NCBI GenBank assembly: GCA_963705505.1
Contig: CAVPJU010000006.1
Coordinates: 96,001 to 160,000, forward strand
Reading direction: 5' to 3'
From: an uncultured bacterium
GTDB lineage: Bacteria; Desulfobacterota_D; UBA1144; Nemesobacterales; UBA2774
Length of the DNA: 64,000 nt
The position numbers were made by a program, and so were the translations under genes. Positions within the stretch are counted from its first letter, which is position 1; each line of letters begins with the position of its first letter. Positions 19,945 to 28,478 of this stretch are shown in pieces. The notes below the pieces were generated by a model, which searched no databases, had not been told where the DNA came from, and saw only the letters and a list, made by a program, of their open reading frames with translations.

Positions 19945-20010
19945 CGGAGACAGACTTTTATCCCCGGCCGTGTTCACGTTTCAGGCACGCGGGATAAAAG
20001 TTTGTCTCCG
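19945..20010 (+). terminator. Long inverted repeat / terminator downstream of the aminotransferase
   Basis: 20-bp arms CGGAGACAGACTTTTATCCC and GGGATAAAAGTTTGTCTCCG (one G.U pair), followed by CCTTTATTTTT. Confidence 0.6.
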
Positions 20011-20086
20011 CCTTTATTTTTCAAACACCCCTGAAAACGAAAATATTATTGCAAATTGCCGTTAAATTGATAAAACTAGATTTATC

Positions 20087-20935
20087 ATGAAATCCGCCGC
20101 AAGAAATATTAAGAAAAGGCTGACAGTTAATTTTCTTTTAATCGCATTTGTTTTTATTTTATCCGGCGCAGTCATTATAGCCTGTTACAAAGCGCCCGTT
20201 ACGGGGAGGTCTCAGTTCATCATCCTCTCCCAGTCGGAGGAGAACCAGATGGGCCTCGCCGCGTTTCAGGAAGTCCTCAAGACGGAGCAGGTATCTAAGA
20301 ATGACCAGTACAACGAGGCTGTAACCAGAGTGGGCATGCGGATCGTCGGAGTCGCCGATACGCCTCATTACAATTGGGACTTCAAGGTGCTGAATGACGA
20401 CGAGCAGATAAACGCTTTCGCCCTCCCGGGGGGAAAGGTAGGGGTATATACGGGTATCCTGCCTGTCGCAATGAACGATGCCGGACTCGCAACGGTAATG
20501 GCTCATGAGATCGGGCACGTCGCCGCACGCCACGGGGCAGAGCGCGTTTCGACGGATGTGCTCGCCCAGATAGGCGCCGTGGGACTGAGCACGGCTCTCG
20601 GCGGAAGCGACCCGTGGGTGACAGCCGCGGTTATGCAGGCGTACGGGGTAGGCGTCACGGTCGGGGGGATATTGCCATTCAGCAGGACCCAGGAAGCGGA
20701 AGCCGACCACATAGGACTCATATACATGGCTGAGGCGGGTTATGACCCGAGAGAAGCCATAGCGTTCTGGGAGAGAATGGACGCAGCCGTGAAAGGAAAA
20801 CCCCAGCCTCCGGAGTTTCTGTCCACACACCCGGGCTACGGGACGAGAATAAGCAATCTGAAAAAATGGCTGCCCGAAGCGCTGCCCCATTACGAGCAAT
20901 CGAAAAAGGCCCCCAATAATACTATTGCCAAGTAG
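20087..20935 (+). CDS. M48 family zinc metallopeptidase, probable lipoprotein
   Basis: NAFALPGG, HEIGH, FSRTQEAEAD and FLSTHP motifs; lipobox IIAC. Confidence 0.92.
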   Translation: MKSAARNIKKRLTVNFLLIAFVFILSGAVIIACYKAPVTGRSQFIILSQSEENQMGLAAFQEVLKTEQVSKNDQYNEAVTRVGMRIVGVADTPHYNWDFKVLNDDEQINAFALPGGKVGVYTGILPVAMNDAGLATVMAHEIGHVAARHGAERVSTDVLAQIGAVGLSTALGGSDPWVTAAVMQAYGVGVTVGGILPFSRTQEAEADHIGLIYMAEAGYDPREAIAFWERMDAAVKGKPQPPEFLSTHPGYGTRISNLKKWLPEALPHYEQSKKAPNNTIAK

Positions 20936-21006
20936 AGCCGGAAACGGGACCCGGGACCAGCTTTGCAAACCGGCCCGAAGACACGCGGCTCCGGCCTGGG
21001 ACTTAA

Positions 21007-21663
21007 ATGACAAAAAGAGAGCGGATAGAGAAATTTTACGAGGAGCTCCACAGAAAATTCGGCCCTCAGAGATGGTGGCCCGCGGAGACGGCGCTCGAAT
21101 GCATTCTGGGAGCCATACTTACACAGAACACGTCGTGGAAGAACGTCGAGAGGGCGCTTGAAAACTTGAAGAGAGAGAACCTCATTTCGGTCGAAAGCCT
21201 GAATTTAATAACCGCAGAGGAGCTCGCGGCCCTCATCCGCCCATCGGGTTACTACAATCAGAAAGCGCTTAAGATCAAAAATTTCGTATCGTTTTTGGTC
21301 AGGGAATACTCAGGCAGCCTGGACAGGATGTTTGCCGTGGATAAGTCACTGCTGAGAGAGAAGCTGCTGGGTATAAGAGGGATCGGGCCCGAGACTGCGG
21401 ACAGCGTCATGCTTTACGCGGGGGCGATACCGGTGTTCGTCGTCGATGCGTACACGTGGAGGATACTGTCGAGGCACGGGCTCGTGCCCGCGGAAACCTC
21501 GTATGACGAAATTCAGGAGCTATTTACGGACTCGTTAAAGGAGGACGCGGGGGTTTTTAACGAATACCACGCACTCCTGGTGAAGGTGGGTAAGGAGCAC
21601 TGTAAGAAGCGCGGCCCGGTATGCGGAGGATGCCCCCTCGAATACGACCCTCATACGGTATAA
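21007..21663 (+). CDS. Endonuclease III-related HhH-GPD DNA glycosylase
   Basis: GPQRWWP, GAILTQNTSW, GIRGIGPETAD, FVVDAY and C-terminal Cys cluster. Confidence 0.85.
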   Translation: MTKRERIEKFYEELHRKFGPQRWWPAETALECILGAILTQNTSWKNVERALENLKRENLISVESLNLITAEELAALIRPSGYYNQKALKIKNFVSFLVREYSGSLDRMFAVDKSLLREKLLGIRGIGPETADSVMLYAGAIPVFVVDAYTWRILSRHGLVPAETSYDEIQELFTDSLKEDAGVFNEYHALLVKVGKEHCKKRGPVCGGCPLEYDPHTV

Positions 21664-21723
21664 ATGCGGACCCCGTCATAATGCTGCGTTCGTGTCGGCT
21701 GGTATGGAAGGTAAATTCGCAGG

Positions 21724-22077
21724 CTAATTCAGCCCGGTCTTAGCGGCGTCGACGACGGCCTTGAAGCTCTCGGGCTCCCTTATCGCCATTTCCGAAAGGG
21801 TTTTTCTGTCGAGCTCGATCCCGGCCTTCTTCAAAGACCCCATAAACGCGCTGTAGGAAAGACCGTACGGCCTGACAGCGGCGTTTATCCTCACAATCCA
21901 GAGCTTTCTGAAATCCCTCTTCTTAAGCTTTCTGTGCCTGAAAGCATAGGCCATGGCGCGTATAACGGTTTCTTTCGCCCTTCTTATATTATTCTTTCTT
22001 CTGCCCCAAAAACCTTTTGCGAGCTTGAGGACGCGCTTTCTCCTCTTTCTTGAAGCTACCCCTCTTTTTATTCTCAT
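21724..22077 (-). CDS. rplT: 50S ribosomal protein L20
   Basis: [40 protein letters not shown]. Confidence 0.97.
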   Translation of the reverse strand: MRIKRGVASRKRRKRVLKLAKGFWGRRKNNIRRAKETVIRAMAYAFRHRKLKKRDFRKLWIVRINAAVRPYGLSYSAFMGSLKKAGIELDRKTLSEMAIREPESFKAVVDAAKTGLN

Positions 22078-22152
22078 CTTTATCTCCCGTCTTTTATATC
22101 GTCACCAGTGAACTGACGCTCAAAGCAGCCAGACCCTGCTGACAAGTATTGA

Positions 22153-22356
22153 TTATTTATACGGAACGTATGACCTTATCCTCCTGGCCACCGCGCCCTC
22201 TTCAATCTTCGAGGAAACCAACCTTCTCATGCGCTTTCTTCCCTTCTTCTCGTTTGAATGGCTTTTGCCGCCGCTCGACCTCTTTATCTTACCGCTCGCT
22301 GTAACCCTGAACCTTTTAGCGGCGCTCCTGTTCGTTTTAACCTTCAGTTTTGGCAT
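22153..22356 (-). CDS. rpmI: 50S ribosomal protein L35
   Basis: MPKLKVKTNRSAAKRFRVTASGKIK; located between infC and rplT. Confidence 0.95.
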   Translation of the reverse strand: MPKLKVKTNRSAAKRFRVTASGKIKRSSGGKSHSNEKKGRKRMRRLVSSKIEEGAVARRIRSYVPYK

Positions 22357-22900
22357 TTTCTCTCCCGCCTTGCGAGGTTTTCTTCGGTGATATCACCATT
22401 ATAAGATTTTTTCCTTCAAGCCTTGGGGGCATATCTATCCCGCCGATGTCGGCCACCCTTTCTATAATTCTGTTTGCGAGCACTCTGCCCAGCTCCGGAT
22501 GAACTATCTCTCTGCCCCTGAAAAATATCCTTATCTTCGTTTTATTATCGTCCTCCAGAAACTCCCTGATCCGGTTTATTTTAACATCAAGGTCATGGTC
22601 GCCGATATTAGGACGGAATTTCAACTCCTTTATAGTCTGCGTTTTCTGTCTCTTCGCATTCGCTTGTTTTTTCAGCTCATATTTATACTTACCGTAATCC
22701 ATCAGCCTGCACACGGGAGGATTCGCGTTGGGTGCGATCTCAACGAGGTCGACGCCCTTTTCTTCAGACATGCTGAGAGCTTCCCGGAACGGAACAACCC
22801 CAAGCTGTTCTCCGGTCTCGGAGATAAGTCTCACTTCCCTTGCTTTTATCCTTTGATTTACCCGAATTTCGGCTTCTCTACCTTTAGTCCCTTTAACTAT
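22337..22900 (-). CDS. infC: Translation initiation factor IF-3 (probable ATA start)
   Basis: RVNQRIKAREVRLI..DLVEIAPNANPPVCRLMDYGKYKYE..KELKFRPNI. The frame extends upstream of the track start to ATA 22900, preceded by SD GGAGG. Confidence 0.95.
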   Translation of the reverse strand: MVKGTKGREAEIRVNQRIKAREVRLISETGEQLGVVPFREALSMSEEKGVDLVEIAPNANPPVCRLMDYGKYKYELKKQANAKRQKTQTIKELKFRPNIGDHDLDVKINRIREFLEDDNKTKIRIFFRGREIVHPELGRVLANRIIERVADIGGIDMPPRLEGKNLIMVISPKKTSQGGRENAKTEG

Positions 22901-24831
22901 TGCCGTTCAACCTCCCTCCATGTATGAGGATCAAGTTCAATTGCTATGTGGTTTAAAAACTCATCTATCGTCATCGAAGGTAAATTCTTGCCTCCGAGCT
23001 TCCTCGGAGCCACAGTCCCCGATTCCGCTTCATTCTTACCGATTACGAGCAGATAGGGAACTTTCTCAAGCTGCGCCTCTCTGACCTTCAATCCGAGCTT
23101 TTCGTTCCTCGTGTCGCTCTCGACCCTTATCTTTCGCGCTCTCAATGTCTTATAGAGCTGCTCCGCATATTGAGCCTGCTCATCCCCTACAGTCGCGATA
23201 CGCACCTGCACGGGACTGAGCCAGAGCGGAAAGGCGCCGCCGTAATGCTCTATCAATACACCGAAAAACCTTTCCATAGACCCGAATATAGCGCGGTGAA
23301 TCATAATAGGCTGATGACGCGCGTTATCTTCCCCGACGTAGCTCATATCGAACCTTTCGGGAAGGTTAAAATCTACCTGAACTGTGGAGCACTGCCAAGC
23401 TCTGCCGAGAACGTCTTTTATCTTGAGATCAATCTTCGGTCCGTAGAACGCACCCCCGCCTTCGTCCACCTCGTATTTTAGCCCCTTTTTATCGAGAGCA
23501 GTCCTCAGCGCCTCCGTGGCCCTGTCCCATACCTCGACACGCCCGACGAATTTCTCAGGCCTGGTAGAGAGGTAAACCTCATATTCGTCAAAGCCGAATG
23601 TCCTCAGGAACAGGATTGTCAGGTCGAGGACGCCCAGGACCTCTTCTTCCATCTGATCGGGCCTGCAGAAAATATGGGCGTCGTCCTGGGAGAAACCCCT
23701 TACCCTCAGGAGCCCGTGAAGCACGCCAGAGCGCTCGTAGCGGTAGACGGTGCCTATTTCAGCCCACCTGAGCGGGAGGTCCCTGTAGCTCCTTATGCCC
23801 GTTTTATATATCATGATGTGAAAAGGGCAGTTCATGGGCTTTATCTGGAATTCCGTATTCTCGACTTCCATGCGGGGATACATGTTTTCATTGTAGAACT
23901 CGAGGTGGCCGCTCGTTTTCCATAGGTCTATTTTTGCTATGTGAGGCGTATAGAGGAGCTCGTAATCGCAGCGCTCGTGCTGGTCGCGCCAGAAATCCTC
24001 GATCACCCGCCTTACCCGCGACCCTTTCGGATGCCAGAGCACGAGCCCCGCTCCGGTCTCCTCCTGAATCGAAAACAGGTCGAGCTCTTTGCCGACCTTT
24101 CTATGGTCGCGTTTTTTGGCCTCTTCGAGCTTGTCCAGATACTCTTTTAATTCCTTTTTATCCCAGAAGGCGGTGCCGTAAATCCTCTGGAGCATGGGGT
24201 TCTTCTCGTCCCCCCTCCAGTAGGCGCCCGCGATACTGAGGAGCTTGAAAGCCTTGACGTAGCCGGTCGAGGGCGCGTGCGGCCCTCTGCAGAGGTCGTG
24301 CCAGCCGCCCTGCTCGTAAATGGTTATCTGCTGGTCGGAAGGGAGGTCGTTCACGATCTCGACTTTATAGTTCTCCCCCTCGGCGCTAAATATATCGATA
24401 GCTTTTTCCCTCGATACTTTTTTCCTGACGAGCGGTTTTTTCTGCTCGACTATCTCCCTCATCTTATCTTCTATCTTTTCGAGGTCTTCGGGAGTAAAGC
24501 CTCTGGAGTATTCAAAGTCGTAGTAAAACCCGTTCTCTATCACGGGGCCGATCGTGACCTTGGCCTCCGGGAAGAGGGACTGCACCGCTTCGGCCATTAT
24601 ATGAGCGGCCGTGTGTCTTATGAGGGCGAGGCCCGCCTCAGAGCCCGTCCTTACGGGCTCAAGCTCGGAGTCGGAATCAATCTCGAACCAGAAATCCACA
24701 AGCTTGCCGTTTACCTTAGCGCCTACGGTGCCGTTCTGTATTCCGATCGAATTTATTATCTCCCCTACGGTCGTACCTTTAGGAAAGGTTCTTTCCGCCC
24801 CGTCCGGAAGGTTTATATTTACTTCTGCCAT
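22897..24831 (-). CDS. thrS: Threonine--tRNA ligase
   Basis: TGS domain, RHTAAH, DLCRGPH, GAYWRGD, KPMNCP, HGLLRVRGF and IHRAIFGS motifs. Confidence 0.98.
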   Translation of the reverse strand: MAEVNINLPDGAERTFPKGTTVGEIINSIGIQNGTVGAKVNGKLVDFWFEIDSDSELEPVRTGSEAGLALIRHTAAHIMAEAVQSLFPEAKVTIGPVIENGFYYDFEYSRGFTPEDLEKIEDKMREIVEQKKPLVRKKVSREKAIDIFSAEGENYKVEIVNDLPSDQQITIYEQGGWHDLCRGPHAPSTGYVKAFKLLSIAGAYWRGDEKNPMLQRIYGTAFWDKKELKEYLDKLEEAKKRDHRKVGKELDLFSIQEETGAGLVLWHPKGSRVRRVIEDFWRDQHERCDYELLYTPHIAKIDLWKTSGHLEFYNENMYPRMEVENTEFQIKPMNCPFHIMIYKTGIRSYRDLPLRWAEIGTVYRYERSGVLHGLLRVRGFSQDDAHIFCRPDQMEEEVLGVLDLTILFLRTFGFDEYEVYLSTRPEKFVGRVEVWDRATEALRTALDKKGLKYEVDEGGGAFYGPKIDLKIKDVLGRAWQCSTVQVDFNLPERFDMSYVGEDNARHQPIMIHRAIFGSMERFFGVLIEHYGGAFPLWLSPVQVRIATVGDEQAQYAEQLYKTLRARKIRVESDTRNEKLGLKVREAQLEKVPYLLVIGKNEAESGTVAPRKLGGKNLPSMTIDEFLNHIAIELDPHTWREVERQ

Positions 24832-24847
24832 AATCTCCGATACTTTG

Positions 24848-24922
24848 TGGTGAGCACGGCAGGATTTGAACCTGCGACCTCTTGCGTGTCAGGCAAGCGC
24901 TCTCCCCCTGAGCTACGCGCTC
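24848..24922 (-). tRNA. tRNA-Val(GAC)
   Basis: Full cloverleaf GAGCGCG..CTTGC-CTGACAC-GCAAG..GCAGG-TTCAAAT-CCTGC-CGTGCTC-A-CCA. Confidence 0.95.
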
Positions 24923-25016
24923 AATAATTACGAGAACCCTTAATTTTCTTATATAAAACAATAGCTGTCAAGATAAGGGAGGGGCATATTTTGCCGCCCT
25001 GTTTATAATACCTGAC

Positions 25017-25904
25017 TTATATTACGATCTCCTCGACCTTCTTACACAGCCGGACGAAGGGATGTTCCTTCAGCTGCCCGAGCAGCGAGGCAAATTTCGG
25101 CAGGAACGGCTTTGTCTTCCATTCAAAATAGCTCCGGTATAACGCTTCATCCCGGGAAACATCGAGGAGGTACCGGGCAAGCGATTCAGGGCTGTCCCAC
25201 TCGGACGCATTGATAAAGCATTTGTCGCCGGGGGCAAAATCGCCTATATTCGGAGCGCCCAGATAGACGGGCACAGAGCCCGCAAGTAAGGGATCGTAGA
25301 ATTTCTCGGTCACATAGTCCCGCGCAATAGCGTTCTCGAAAGCAATCGTAAACTTGTATCTCGAAATCGTATCCAATTTGAACTGGTGTCCGTAATCGTC
25401 GCCGGACGGCATGTTCGGAATCATCCGCCCGTACGAATGGACATCGAGAACGTTCATCATTCTTATCAGATACTGCAGCCTCCCGCTTTTATTGACATGA
25501 CTCGAGATGAAGGCATTCACGATCTTCCCCGGCTCCTTTTCCGGGACAGGCTTACGTGAAAGCACTGCGAAGTCACGCGGAAGGTACGGGGAAAAAATAT
25601 CCGCATCCAGACGGTGAGACATTCTCAGGTCGAAGCGGCTCATAAAAGCGGGATCGCTCATGTGAGGGTAATGAGCCTCGCACTCCACATACCAGGCGAC
25701 CCAAACCTGTCCGCTCTTTTTAACGACCCCGCCGTCCGTGAACATGGCGGGCGGGAGCGTAGGCAGATGGAATACGACCGCTGCTGCTTTGTCCATGAAA
25801 CGCCTCTCCATTGTAATGACGTACCTCTCCGGCAATTCATTCACCGGATAAACGAGAGGATCATGCCACATACGATTGTAAAAGAGTATTATTTTTCGGT
25901 CCAT
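25017..25904 (-). CDS. Glycosyltransferase family 10 (alpha-1,3/1,4-fucosyltransferase-like)
   Basis: AVVFH, YKFTIAFENAIARDYVTEKFY..GSVPVYLG (alpha-1,3-FucT motif), YxSYFEWK. Confidence 0.85.
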   Translation of the reverse strand: MDRKIILFYNRMWHDPLVYPVNELPERYVITMERRFMDKAAAVVFHLPTLPPAMFTDGGVVKKSGQVWVAWYVECEAHYPHMSDPAFMSRFDLRMSHRLDADIFSPYLPRDFAVLSRKPVPEKEPGKIVNAFISSHVNKSGRLQYLIRMMNVLDVHSYGRMIPNMPSGDDYGHQFKLDTISRYKFTIAFENAIARDYVTEKFYDPLLAGSVPVYLGAPNIGDFAPGDKCFINASEWDSPESLARYLLDVSRDEALYRSYFEWKTKPFLPKFASLLGQLKEHPFVRLCKKVEEIVI

Positions 25905-26105
25905 TTATTCCGAGCCGCGCTTTTAGTCATAATTCTATGCCATCCGTGTTGCTATGTCCAAGCATTTTAACTCCCTTCTCTTTCCTAAGGGCGCGGGTTC
26001 GAGTCCGCGCAATAAGGCCGCGAACATCGTCAGTACTGCATGCGTGGACCGGCCCATTTTCATTGATATAAGGGCAAAGTCTTGGTAACATTACTGGGTA
26101 GCAGT

Positions 26106-26179
26106 TGGGGCGTCGTCTAACGGTAGGACTCAGGCCTTTGGAGCCTGCTGTGGTGGTTCGAGTCCACCCGCCCCAGCCA
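26106..26179 (+). tRNA. tRNA-Gln(TTG)
   Basis: TGGGGCG..CAGGC-CTTTGGA-GCCTG..GGTGG-TTCGAGT-CCACC-CGCCCCA-G-CCA. Confidence 0.95.
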
Positions 26180-26226
26180 GTGGACGAAGAAATATTCCTT
26201 ACCCCGATTTCTATTTGTGAACTCTG

Positions 26227-28386
26227 ATGACATCCGAAAACACCTCTAATCTCAATCCGTCCCAGGCGGAAGCCGTAAAACATGCGGGCGGGCCCGTCCT
26301 CGTGCTTGCCGGCGCGGGCTCCGGAAAAACGAGGATCATAACGGAGAGAATCGCATATCTGATAAACGCGAGAGGGGAGCACCCGTCCAATATACTGGCG
26401 GTCACATTCACCAACAAGGCGGCAAACGAGATGAAGGAGAGGCTCAACCGTTTGATCGCGCACCGGACAAAGAGCCTCTGGCTCGGGACCTTCCACTCCC
26501 TATGCCTCAGAATTCTGAAGAGGGAAATAAAACACCTGAGCGGGTTCAGACAGGACTTCGTAATCTATGACGACGGGGATCAGATAAAGCTGATAAAGGA
26601 GTGCATGAAGCGTCTTGAGATCGGGGAAAAGGAGATCGAGCCCAGATCGGTAAGGTCGAAGATAGACAGCGCAAAGAATAAAGGGCTCAATCCGGGCGAT
26701 GTGGGGAGAGACATTTACGACGAGAATGTCTCCAAAATTTACGAGCTCTACGAGCAGGAGCTCAGAAGATTAAATGCGCTCGACTTCGGGGACCTGCTTT
26801 ATATCACCGTGAGGCTCTTTCAGGAAAAACCCGACGTGCTGCGCCATTATCAGGAGATATTCCACCACATGCTCGTCGACGAGTACCAGGATACGAACCA
26901 TACGCAGTATAAGATTGTCGAGCTCCTATCCAGGAAACACAGAAACATATTCGTGGTCGGGGACGACAACCAGTCGATTTACGGCTGGAGGGGAGCCGAT
27001 ATCGCGAACATACTGAACTTCGAAAAGGATTACCCCGATGCGAGGGTTATCAAGCTCGAAAGGAATTACAGGTCGACAAAAACAATACTGAACGCGGCCA
27101 ACGGGTTGATCCTGAAAAACAGGAACAGGCACGATAAAAACCTATGGACCGAAAACCCGGAAGGGGAGAAATTACATTACTACACAGCGCATGACGAAAG
27201 AGACGAGGCGAGACACGTAGTATCACAGATCGAGTCAGAGGTTAGGGGGGGCGGCTATTCCTACAGGGACACGGCGGTATTCTTCAGGACAAACAACCAG
27301 TCGAGGACGATCGAGGACGAGCTGGTCCGAAAAGGGATACCGTATACGATAGTGGGGGGGATAGGTTTTTACCAGCGCGCGGAGATTAAGGACATACTTG
27401 CATACCTGAGGGTGATCGCGAACCCGCTCGATGACCTGAGCCTCCGCCGCATCGCGAACGTGCCCCCGCGCGGGATCGGAAGGGGAACGCTCGACAAACT
27501 CGACGAGCTCTCGAAAAATGAAGGCTCATCGCTCTTCGATGCGATGCATAAGGCCGTACGAGAGAATATTCTCCCCGCGAGGGCGGCTTTAAACCTCGAG
27601 AAGTTCCTCGGCCTGATGAACCGGCTCACAGGATTCGCCGAAAAGTATGAAATAGGAAAGCTCCTCGACCTCGTGCTTCAGGCTACAGGGTATCTCGACA
27701 TACTGGAGAAGGAAGAGGAGAAAAGGGAAAACGTCGGGGAGATACTGAACCTGGCGGCGGAATTCGAAAAGGAGGCGGAGAGGGCTACCCTGCATGACTT
27801 TCTCGACTCCGTCTCACTCGCAAGCGACGTGGACAGCTACAACGAAAAGGACGACAGGGTCCCGCTTATGACCCTTCACAGCGCGAAGGGACTCGAATTC
27901 CCGGTGGCCTTTATCATCGGGCTCGAAGAAAACCTCATACCGCATTTCAATTCCGCGAAGGAGGGGCAGGTTGAGGAAGAGAGGAGGCTCTTATACGTAG
28001 GGCTCACGAGGGCGAAGGAGAAGGTCTATCTCACGAGTGCTGTGAAGAGAAGGGTGTTCGGCAAGGAGGAGAGACCCGCGCCATCGAGATTCATAACGGA
28101 AATACCCGAGGAGCTCCTCGTATGGAAAAACTATTACGGCGGCTCATATAGTGAAACCCCACGGTCAGATTACTATTCAGAAACGAGAGACAGCGGCGGG
28201 GAGCGAAAAAAGGGCGGGAGCACCGATAACGGAAATAGATATAAAGTCGGACAGAGGATAGAGCATCCGTCATTCGGACAGGGGACCATAAAGAGGGTCG
28301 AGGGGACGGGGGAGGAAGCCAAAGTCACGATATCTTTTCCGGGCTACGGTTTAAAAAAGATTATCGCGAGCTATCTGGAGGGATAG
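26227..28386 (+). CDS. pcrA: ATP-dependent DNA helicase PcrA/UvrD
   Basis: LAGAGSGKT, VDEYQDTN, LERNYRS, TLHSAKGLEF and EERRLLYVGLTRA motifs; C-terminal tudor-like HPSFGQG. Confidence 0.95.
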   Translation: MTSENTSNLNPSQAEAVKHAGGPVLVLAGAGSGKTRIITERIAYLINARGEHPSNILAVTFTNKAANEMKERLNRLIAHRTKSLWLGTFHSLCLRILKREIKHLSGFRQDFVIYDDGDQIKLIKECMKRLEIGEKEIEPRSVRSKIDSAKNKGLNPGDVGRDIYDENVSKIYELYEQELRRLNALDFGDLLYITVRLFQEKPDVLRHYQEIFHHMLVDEYQDTNHTQYKIVELLSRKHRNIFVVGDDNQSIYGWRGADIANILNFEKDYPDARVIKLERNYRSTKTILNAANGLILKNRNRHDKNLWTENPEGEKLHYYTAHDERDEARHVVSQIESEVRGGGYSYRDTAVFFRTNNQSRTIEDELVRKGIPYTIVGGIGFYQRAEIKDILAYLRVIANPLDDLSLRRIANVPPRGIGRGTLDKLDELSKNEGSSLFDAMHKAVRENILPARAALNLEKFLGLMNRLTGFAEKYEIGKLLDLVLQATGYLDILEKEEEKRENVGEILNLAAEFEKEAERATLHDFLDSVSLASDVDSYNEKDDRVPLMTLHSAKGLEFPVAFIIGLEENLIPHFNSAKEGQVEEERRLLYVGLTRAKEKVYLTSAVKRRVFGKEERPAPSRFITEIPEELLVWKNYYGGSYSETPRSDYYSETRDSGGERKKGGSTDNGNRYKVGQRIEHPSFGQGTIKRVEGTGEEAKVTISFPGYGLKKIIASYLEG

Positions 28387-28408
28387 AAGGATTGCAGGGT
28401 TAGAATAA

Positions 28409-28443
28409 GAGATTGCTTCGTCACTCCGTTCCTCGCAATGACA
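28409..28443 (-). repeat. Short palindromic REP/RPE-like element
   Basis: Minus strand reads TGTCATTGCGAGGAACGGAGTGACGAAGCAATCTC, matching the widespread GTCATTGCGAG..GAAGCAATC repeat pattern; single copy in this window. Confidence 0.6.
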
Positions 28444-28478
28444 GACGAGAAGCGTGGAATGGAAGCGGTTCACAAAAA

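Noticed and set aside
24848..26179. Integrative element or prophage at the tRNAs
   Set aside because: There is no integrase and no duplicated tRNA 3' end, and the intervening gene lies at the 5' side of both tRNAs.
25927..26496. 189-aa minus-strand ORF
   Set aside because: It overlaps tRNA-Gln and pcrA on the opposite strand.
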